This document shows positions 21,822 through 30,237 of a stretch of 64,000 nt of DNA, one piece after another. Under the pieces are notes generated by a model. The model searched no databases. It was not told where the DNA came from and saw only the letters and a program-made list of their open reading frames with translations. Origin of the DNA: Lepidodermella squamata. Lineage: Eukaryota > Animalia > Gastrotricha. The position numbers were made by a program, and so were the translations under genes. Position 1 is the first letter of the stretch, and every line of letters starts with the position of its first letter. Location of the stretch: the NCBI GenBank assembly GCA_047495785.1, contig JBLDXI010000029.1, positions 806,001 through 870,000 of the forward strand. Reading direction: 5' to 3'.

Positions 21822-23466
21822 AGCAACAAGAATGAGACCATTGTTTCTTCGATGGTAAGAAAGAGGAGAAAGGGTGCTGAATTTCTGAAAATTTCAAAGT
21901 CATGCATGCAGACAAAAATCAGACATTGCCAAGTTTGGAATTCTGGACTTTCGCGGTTGGAGAGGGCTGTTTTTTACCACCTCGACGTTATCTTGTGACG
22001 TTATCTTCGCTTCGACCTGAAGCCAACCACAGCAACTCGACCATGTGATGCTTTACTCGAGCTTCTCAGACATCTTAACATTAGCCGAGGCGAGGAGGTA
22101 CCAGCATACAACGATCTCTTACTTCGCCTTCATCTAGGCCTTAGGGATTGCTTCGTTCACCGGAAGTGAGTATAAAAACTAAAAATGCCGCCGAGTTTCA
22201 AGATAATTCTCTTTTAATTACAAATTGTCATTATTGTGTGAGTCCTTTTCCTTTTGTATGTGCTGAGACTGCAAGCAATATTTTGATTATCGCTATTCCA
22301 TACTGGGCATTCGATAGTTTCTTAATCTTGTTTGTAAATATCAGATTTCTGAATACAATTAGCTCAGTTCTATTTTTCAATTAAATAAGTGGTTTTTGGC
22401 AAAACTGCCTAGGATTTCGGGATCTGTCAATGTCTACTGTAAAGCACCTCGCAAAACATTATTTCCAGGGAAATAATTAATTATGATTTCGGTAGCATGT
22501 GTTATTTGGTATTTATATACCGAAAGTTACTATTAGTCTTTTCCAGAATATTTCCAGCTTGAATTTCACAGAAAAATATGTGCGCAAGTAATAGAAGTTT
22601 TTTAGCGGAGCCCTTATAAGCTGAATAAAAACGTTCACTCACGCGATGTCTCTGTAAGTGGTAGCTTGCAAATGGATTTGCCACTTACAGGGCTGTGTAA
22701 AAGTCACACTTTTACTTAGACGTGGTTTTTGTCGATTTATAATTCTATTATATTTGTCCACACATGTAAGAGTTGTTTTATTGTGCATGTGCGTCAAACC
22801 ATCATTTCCACAAACGCTGAATAGCAAATAATCGAAATCGCGAACTAGAGCTACATGTTATAGGGAATAAGGACTGCATGGTTTTTAAGGCTGCCTGAAC
22901 ACTTGATTCAGGCCAAAAGAAAAGCCCCACCGCTTGCCATTTTCTGAATTTTATGAATTTTATGAATATCTGACTTGCTAGGTTTTTTCGCTAATTTCCG
23001 CAGCTTAAAGCTGGGCTTTGAAGAAGAACTTGGTATTTTACGCTTTAACGGATAACGCTGCGTGATGTGTTTCAACTTTCACAGAGAGTTCTATGACCTT
23101 TGCGTCCTATTTCTATCAGGGCTTTTTAGCCAAACGAATATGGGTTAGGAGTTTGGGTTCGGCTTAGGTCAATTTTTGAGTTTTTACAAAGTTAGATTTT
23201 AGAGTCATTGCGCTGCGAAAAAATGCATTTTCAAGCGGGAAAACTGGCTACGGTTTCGGAACCGCGTTTTATTTTTTATAAACTTTTTTATATATTCCTA
23301 AAAACCTCTCATTAACAATAGCATTTCGGCTCAAATTAAATAAAGAAATATGTATGGGAGACTGTACCCTTAAAATTCTGAAGCTATGCATTTTATTTGA
23401 GAATAAATGTTCAAATTAGCATGTTTCGATTAATAAGGCATAACTTTATTGAAAGCGCTTTTATTC

Positions 23467-23540
23467 TTCTATCTTTAAATTTCTTTTGCAACGTTTCGAC
23501 GTTATTCTCAACGTCATCTTCAGGCATCTATCAAGACAAA
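23467..23540 (-). ncRNA. Minimal type I hammerhead ribozyme motif (inverted pLTR copy)
   Basis: Exact reverse complement of the motif at 24448-24522. Confidence 0.75.
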
Positions 23541-23703
23541 ACAAATAACGATTAAAAGTAGAAGTCATCAACAAAGGTCTGTTAGACATAAATAAGAATT
23601 AGGATATAGGCGGATGAAGTGGAAAGAGATGAAGACACAACAAGGATTTTAGGTATTTTGAGAGAGGTAAGTAGTAAATAGTAAGATTGTTGAGTCGACT
23701 AGA

Positions 23704-24258
23704 TTGTCAGGTCACCCTGACAATCTAGTCGACTCAACAATCGCCGACTTCGTGGAAAAAACCTTTCTCCAACAAAAGAAGCTGAAGGATCCAAACCAAC
23801 AACCAGTCGGAGTCATCATACCCTTCAAGGACCAGAAATCAACAGACTCACTGAGAAGGCAATTCAAGGAGCTTAGCAACAAGATCTCCCTCAACGTCGA
23901 ACCGGTTTTCACCAGCCGTAAAATTGGCGATAAATTCCCTGCCAAGGAGAAGAAGCTGCCGATTGTCAATACCCAATGTGTTGTGTACTACTTCAAATGT
24001 AGTCGGTGCGACGCCGACTATGTGGGGATGACCACCAAACACCTACACCAAAGAATCGACCAGCACCGGTATACCGACGTCGGCAAGCACGTTAAAGACC
24101 ACGGAGACAACGTTGACTGCCTTGAATCTAAGTTTACCGTCCTTGCGAAGTGCAGGTCGAAGTTTGACTGCCTCGTCTACGAAATGCTGTTCATCCGCGA
24201 GAAAAAACCAAAAATCAACAAACAAACAGACTCAATAAAGGCTAAATTGTTTACATAA
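23704..24258 (+). pseudogene. C-terminal linker + GIY-YIG endonuclease of a Penelope-like element ORF (reverse transcriptase domain missing)
   Basis: CVVYYFKCSRCDADYVGMTTKHLHQRIDQH...EMLFIREKKPKINKQ shows the VVY-YVG motif, CxxC and the conserved R, E and N residues. The frame lacks an ATG start and begins at a hairpin junction. Confidence 0.85.
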
Positions 24259-24447
24259 CACACATGTTACACCCTTATCGTGTACTTCTAAATTGTAAAT
24301 ATTCTTACTATTTACTACTTACCTCTCTCAAAATACCTAAAATCCTTGTTGTGTCTTCATCTCTTTCCACTTCATCCGCCTATATCCTAATTCTTATTTA
24401 TGTCTAACAGACCTTTGTTGATGACTTCTACTTTTAATCGTTATTTG

Positions 24448-24522
24448 TTTTGTCTTGATAGATGCCTGAAGATGACGTTGAGAATAACGTCGAAACGTTG
24501 CAAAAGAAATTTAAAGATAGAA
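24448..24522 (+). ncRNA. Minimal type I hammerhead ribozyme motif in the Penelope pLTR
   Basis: TGC-CTGAAGA-T-GACGTT(GAGAAT)AACGTC-GAAA-CGTT-GCA gives a CUGANGA core, stem II, GAAA, a palindromic AACGTT stem III and a GUU cleavage triplet. Distal stem I is TTTGTCTT/AAGATAGA. Confidence 0.8.
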
Positions 24523-25818
24523 GAATAAAAGCGCTTTCAATAAAGTTATGCCTTAATAAATGTTCAGCAAACAAAATCGACGTGGGCAAGTTCGCTTATA
24601 CGGCATTTATCCATTTCATAGATGTTGCAGTAATGGAGGGAGCACTGTAGTACCAAAAGATAAAGCTACTCTATAATCGATCTACCCGGTGTTCTGGTTA
24701 AATCGGGGGCTATATGAAATTCGTTTAGAGCCTGTTGCATCAAGTCCCACCACAGCAGAGGGCTTCCCATAAACAAGCATGACATATAAAGTCTATGATT
24801 GAATAGAAAAGCTAATGGCTTTTTTGTATTATGGGGCTATTTTCACGATTTCAGGATTCAGCTGGTTATTAGCTCTGCGCTATCGATACTTTAATGTGTA
24901 CCAGAAAAAATAACTCTTTTGCTTTTGAGCACGAATTTAGGTGTATTTTGAAAATCCTCTGATTGGGATTTATCCGTTTCGATCCAAGCCGCATTTCAAA
25001 TGTTAGAAACGCTGCTGGCTTAGCCAGCACTACTAATGAGGCTATTATTTCGACCTCAATTAAGATTATCCTTTAATTAATTGTTTCTTTCATGAAAAAA
25101 ACACATTTTATTGCTTTATTTTATTGTTGAGGAGCTGTAAAGGTGTGGCACTTATCGAGGGAAACGCACATAGCTATGGTGTACTTGAGAGCAGGGAGCA
25201 CTGTAATTTGTAGAAAGAATTAGGGAATCAGAACGAGGCGAGCGAAAATTTTAAGAATTTGTATAACTTTCATTATTTAGGACCACAGTCCTTTAAGTTA
25301 AGAGCTCAGCGTAAGAGAGCTTTTGAAGCAGGAGTAAGTCTTCTTAATAAAAAAGGTAATTCACCGCTGCCCCTAGTTACCTGTTGCAAGCAAGGCCGGG
25401 CTTCTTGTGTACAACTGCGTAAGCACTGCAGCAAATTCCAACAGCTGTTTACCAAGTCAATGGAAACAGTTTAAATTATTCATATTTTCGAATTCCCTAC
25501 AAGAGGGCCGACTAAATCCTCCCGGCCGGCTAAATGGCTTCAGCTAAGTAGGATTTCGGAAGAGACGGAGTGAAAAATGAAAAAGCATCCAATTAGGCAT
25601 GAATTTGTAGAATTTGTGGAGAGCCCATAATCTTCGTATTCAATATATTGATTAGCACTCGCCTTTACCACTAAGATGAACTCATTTTTCCCGCTAGATT
25701 GCCTTTTAAATTGCTTACGATCTTATACGATTTTAATCGATTGTCGTGGTTTTCTAGGCGATTTTTCTTCTTTGAAAATGCGATCATCATTTGGAAAGCA
25801 GACCCGCTGTTTCTCGAA

Positions 25819-27311
25819 ATGAACTACGAGCGCGATAATTTTCACTTCTATGTTGAATGGCCTGAATCTTGCTATCGCAATGAAAATTTCAGCAACGTTT
25901 GGTATAATTTCACAGCGAAAACAAACTTTGACGCCTCGAGACTGCCATTCAATTGCCGGGAATACCTGGAAAACTGTTCGTTACCAGGAGCAATTAATTG
26001 CATCGAGCGAAACGTCGATTACTGGTCAAATTTCATGTATTGGTTGCCATTTGGTATCATCGGTTGCGTGCTATCAACTTCTTTGAATCTGTTCGGAACT
26101 TACCTACTACTTCGATTACACTCGAAACCGGTTAATTTTCATTCGAAAGACTCTTTCTAAATGGCAAGAACCTTGATTTTTCAGCGCCATGTTATCTTGA
26201 TCAGCTTGTCGATGTCGGATGCTTCCCTTGGAAATGCGGCGGTCACTTCCTTCTCGACTGATCAGTATCCACCGTTTTTGGATCAACAGCCTCTCGTGCA
26301 CCTCATCTCGAACATTGTGCTCATCGTAATGAAGAGATTTTTGATTGATTACTCTATATTTTCCTATGCTGAACGTTTTTCACAGACGTCTTGGCTCGTC
26401 TCAACATCATGCTTACTTCTGTTAGCCCTAGACTGCTATTTAACAACTCGGTTCGTATTCAAATACACACAGCACTGGATTCTCAATGCTACTAGAGTGG
26501 TGATTCTCATTCAATGGATTGGCTGTGCTAGCCTTGCCGTCTCCCTGAAAATCAATCCTCGCGATAATATGGTCACTCATCTGACATTTCTCGGGTTATT
26601 TTTCGCTGTTCAGGTCGTAGTTCTTGCGCTTTCAATCGACGCCTTCAAACTTACTGAGAGGATAAGGTTCGATTAATTTTGTATGAGAATTTTACGTTGC
26701 ATTTTTCTTCAAGGCGTCTGAGAAACGCATCGACACTCTCTAACGAGCGTGTAAAGAAAATGTCCAGGTATGAATTGTTTCCTTGGTTAATAATTAGTAA
26801 TTAGTATATCTCGACAAATATCAGTAAGAGCCGCTTCAAATCTTTGGTGACAATCTTGGCACTCGTGGCCTGCTCTTACATCCTCTGGATACCCCTATTT
26901 GCGAATCTAGCCGTTAGTCCCAAGATTCAGGAGGCGAATAACAGCTTTCTGGTTTTGTAAGATATCTTTAAGATGCGAGAAGACCTTATCTATTTGCTTT
27001 GCAACAGTGTTGTCGCCTTTGCTGTCAGCTCCCTTCAAATGAACTCTATCGTAAATCCTATAATCTACACGCTAAGATTCTCCGACGTTCGAGAGCAGTT
27101 GGCGATAATTTTCGGCCGTTATCGTGGTACTCGCCGACTGAGCAGATTGTTGACTAAAGAGGATATCAAGTCATTTGAAAGCAGGCGAAAGCTGGCAGTT
27201 GACGTTCTCGCTTCATCAGCTGCACACGGACTTCAACTGGAGATGAGTGAAGTAGCTGTTGGGCTAGACCAATCTTCAGAACAAGATTGCGATGCAGTGT
27301 CTCAGAATTGA
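25819..27311 (+). CDS. Orphan class A GPCR, paralogue C, six exons
   Basis: MNYERD start; motifs LISLSMSD, LALDCY, CSYILWIP, NSIVNPIIYTLRF; same intron positions as paralogues A and B. Confidence 0.82.
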
Positions 27312-27436
27312 AAAGACCAATGACCATGAGAAAGAACGATCAGTTTCTAGTCCAATTCTATCAATACCCTATGAATTTTACTGATTTGTTTCCATTAAAA
27401 AATCTGTTAACGTTTATTATTCGAATGGAAAATTGC

Positions 27437-27808
27437 AAAAGAAGGGCGCCGCCTCAAAGCTCCTGGGAGCCAAGGCCCACGGCACCGCTGGTGGAGGCGT
27501 TATGGAAGGGAGAGAGAGAGGAGGTCTGGAGCTAAACTACCGCTAGGCACTGATGGCGTTGGTAGCCTAGAAGACACAGCATACACCCATGAGTTAGAGC
27601 CAAAGCTTACTGGTCGCCGAGCGTTCGGTCGTTCGATCGATCGGTGGATCGTCGCGCGACGTGCTGCGGCACCGCTACTCGATTGAGCGACAGCGCGAAG
27701 AGACCTACAACGACAAGACACACAAAGGCTGGGGGATCGGCCGGTCGGAGGAGACAGCGATCAACTCGCAGCTAATCTTGAAAGGGTACTCACGCGTTGT
27801 CCGCCTCC
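27437..27808 (-). ncRNA. Candidate 7SK snRNA (Pol III transcript, ~372 nt)
   Basis: On the minus strand, 5' GGAGGCG pairs with CGCCTCC just before a terminal hairpin (GGTGCCG/CGGCGCC) that ends in TTCTTTT. The 5' hairpin GCTG..GTT-GATC...GATC-CCCCAGC carries the paired GAUC motifs with preceding Us. The region is a GC-rich island without a credible ORF, with TATA-like TTCATAAG about 30 nt upstream. Confidence 0.7.
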
Positions 27809-28152
27809 ACACATGCTCACCAGCAAATTCCGACTTATGAACCCGACCCGAAGTTGGATGCTTAAAACACGATTAATTAGCAAATTTGTACGTTGGTTTT
27901 GATTGAATTGGATACCTTAACATGGTAATGCAACATCTTGAGATTGAGTCATAATGGTGAATGACATTATTATGGCTAAAAAACTATGTGGGTACAATTA
28001 AACGCTTAGAAGAACGCGATGAAAATGTGCATATTCAAATTAAGCATGCATTAGCTCTAAGAAAATGAAGTCAAGTTTTGCCGCCACAATCAACTAATTC
28101 TCAACTGTATATAATACAAATACAAGGAGTTGATCGCCCTGTTTGTTCAACT

Positions 28153-28225
28153 GCCTTCCTAGCTCAGTCGGTAGAGCATGTGACTTTTAATCACAGGGTC
28201 GGGGGTTCGAGTCCCCCGGAGGGCG
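28153..28225 (+). tRNA. tRNA-Lys(UUU)
   Basis: Identical to the minus-strand copy at 14012-14084 and followed by a T8 terminator. Confidence 0.95.
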
Positions 28226-28299
28226 CATCATTTTTTTTAATCGTTTCATTTGCGATTGCATCATTCTGTAGTCATGCAATGCAGTTGCTAAACATGCAC

Positions 28300-28371
28300 T
28301 CCCTGATGGTCTAGTGGTTAGGATTCCGCGCTTTCACCGCGGCGGCCCGGGTTCGATTCCCGGTCAGGGAA
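28300..28371 (+). tRNA. tRNA-Glu(UUC)
   Basis: TCCCTGATGGTCTAGTGGTTAGGATTCCGCGCTTTCACCGCGGCGGCCCGGGTTCGATTCCCGGTCAGGGAA, with anticodon arm CCGCG-CT-TTC-AC-CGCGG and a T6 terminator. Confidence 0.95.
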
Positions 28372-28543
28372 CATTTTTTATTCATTGATTTCATTTTTTA
28401 GTTGTCTTTGTACTTTTGGCATTAAGTTTGGAGTAGAAGAGGGAGGTTCCATTATTACGCCATTCCATTGTTAACCAATGGTTTCTTTTTTAATTAAATT
28501 AACAATAAACAATTATCAATGACGCCAGAATTCGCCTAACGCC

Positions 28544-28568
28544 TAACCAATTAGTCATCCCTATAAAA
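28544..28568 (+). promoter_or_regulatory. CCAAT + TATA promoter of the cationic secreted-protein gene
   Basis: AACCAATT at ~28545 and CTATAAAA at 28561-28568, ~80 bp before the ATG at 28647. AATAAA lies at ~29284, downstream of the stop. Confidence 0.55.
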
Positions 28569-28646
28569 TCCTGCCCCATCCCGCGATCATCTTCAATATT
28601 CGATTTCCATTTGATATTCGCTTAAATCTTTAATAACATCTCCAAA

Positions 28647-29209
28647 ATGCGTTTTGCTTGTGCCATTGCTGTTGCTGTCCTTATGGCTCTTGGTAATACA
28701 TTGAAGTTAGTGCTTTCGGCAAATATTCATTGTTTCTTCTTTTTTTAGCCTTCACCGAGACCGAAGCCGGTCGTGGCAAGCCGAATAAGGAAGTTTCCCG
28801 AAGCTTCTCGTACAGCGTCTCGAAGAGCGGCTCGTACCAGAAGAACAAGCGGCCGGCGAAGAACTTCGGCAAGAAGTTTGTCTCGAAGCGCAACAAGCGC
28901 CGCGGCTCGTACTCGAAGTCGGTGTCTGCGTCGGTGTCCGCCCGCACCAACAAGCACACCCGCAAGGTGTCCACCAAGAAGTTCAAGCGCGTGCAACAGC
29001 GCATGTCCAAGTCTGGCTCGTACTCGCGATCCGGCTCTTTCGGCGGCCGCAAAAGCAAGCGTCACGGCAAGTTCAACAAGAAGGCTGGCCACAAGAAGTT
29101 CGGCGGCAAGCGCAACAAGAGTCGCAAGGGCCACAAGAGCGGCAGCTACTCCGCCTCCAACAACTTCTCGTACAGCGTCGCCGTCGAGACTGGCGCCGCT
29201 CCGCAGTAA
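28647..29209 (+). CDS. Secreted, cysteine-free (mature part) Lys/Arg/Ser-rich protein with (Ser-X)n blocks; 168 aa, 2 exons (28647-28692, 28749-29209)
   Basis: Exon 1 encodes MRFACAIAVAVLMAL, and a 56-nt phase-1 GT-AG intron joins it to AFTETEA-GRGKPNK..., completing a signal peptide. Strong C/G-ending codon bias; TATA box and polyA signal present. Confidence 0.85.
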
Positions 29210-30237
29210 ATTGCAAAATGCAAAAACTTTATAAAATATGTTAAAGTTACGATTAATGGATGAATTTCTGTAACTTGCAACTGAATAAAAATATTTTCAC
29301 ATTTATGCCTCGCTTTTTTTCATACATTTTGACATTTTTTTCATACAACTTTTACGGTCACAAAACCGGCTACAAAACAAAACAATCGAAAGGCCAACAC
29401 TCCAACCGATATGAGCCGCAGGCCTAAAAGATGCTTTCCGTATGGCAGCTGTTTTTATTTCAATTGTTGCTGTTGATTTTTTGAAATTGCTCTATGTCTT
29501 GGTCATAATTTTTTTGCGAATGGTCATTATTAATTGCAAAATTCTCTCTTGTTTTTCCATCCGCAGCCTCTCGCTGTATTTTTTGTTTGTGAACACATGG
29601 CTAGGTAAAACTCACCCGGGGAAGCGTTGTTGCATTGTCCAAAAAAGTTGTGTAATCTGAAACCAAGAAACAAAGACAATTTGCAAGCAGCAGCAGCAGG
29701 TTTTGTTTTAAATTTTAAACATGAGCTTGAAAAGAAATTTTTCGAAAAATTCACGCACTCACATCATCATCTGACCCTCGACAAAGTGTCATAATATTGA
29801 CAACATACTCGCTTAACACATCACTGAAGAGAGTAAAATTCACAAAAGGAGAAGAGAGAAGTGCAATAATAACAAAGCCTGTGGGATACATTTGCAATTC
29901 GAAACCATTCCCTGACTGTCGGAGATGTTAACGCACTGCTTTTTGAGAACATACAATATATGTATATAAATCGGGTCATGTGGACTGCGGGCGGATGTGC
30001 GCTGTTCGACTCATCAACGGAAAGGGGAATTCCAGCGATGAGCTATAGTGTTAGTCAAATATTATCAAGCTATCAGCTTGAAACCCCTAAATCGCGTGCC
30101 AAACGTAGCGAGCCTATCATTTCTTGGACAGTCTGCACTTCGTGCTTCCTGTTTCCGGCTCTTTCATCTTGAGTTCGGTATAAATACGTACAATGCGTGC
30201 AAATTCGCGAAAAAATCGCAAGTGACATTTAAAAGCA

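Larger units (their letters stand above)
23414..24555 (+). mobile_element. 5'-truncated Penelope-like retroelement with inverted pseudo-LTR arrangement
   Basis: 253-bp perfect inverted repeats (23434-23686 / 24303-24555) flank a GIY-YIG ORF, and each repeat contains a hammerhead motif. AATAAATGTTCA at 23402-23413 and 24555-24566 is a candidate target-site duplication. Confidence 0.88.

Noticed and set aside
22886-23373. TTAA-flanked Kolobok/piggyBac-like element
   Set aside because: The ends (TTAAGGCTGCC / GTACCCTTAA) match over only a few bases, so no TIR can be supported.
23434-24555. DNA transposon with 253-bp TIRs
   Set aside because: The enclosed ORF is a GIY-YIG endonuclease rather than a DDE transposase, and the repeats contain hammerhead motifs, which fits a Penelope-like retroelement.
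24462-24650. 62-aa ORF MPEDDVENNVETLQ...
   Set aside because: It is the translation of the hammerhead core in the pLTR running into flanking DNA.
27437-27808. Telomerase RNA, SRP RNA or RNase P/MRP identity for the GC-rich island; ORFs 27287-27535 and 27500-27721
   Set aside because: I found no telomeric template, SRP helix-8 motif or RNase P/MRP conserved regions, and the ORFs have no protein-like features. The 7SK signatures fit better.
28681-29234. Three overlapping alternative ORFs (28681-29058 -, 28745-29134 -, 28773-29234 +)
   Set aside because: Stop-free shadows caused by the extreme GC3 bias of the secreted cationic protein; only the spliced frame has a promoter, signal peptide and polyA signal.
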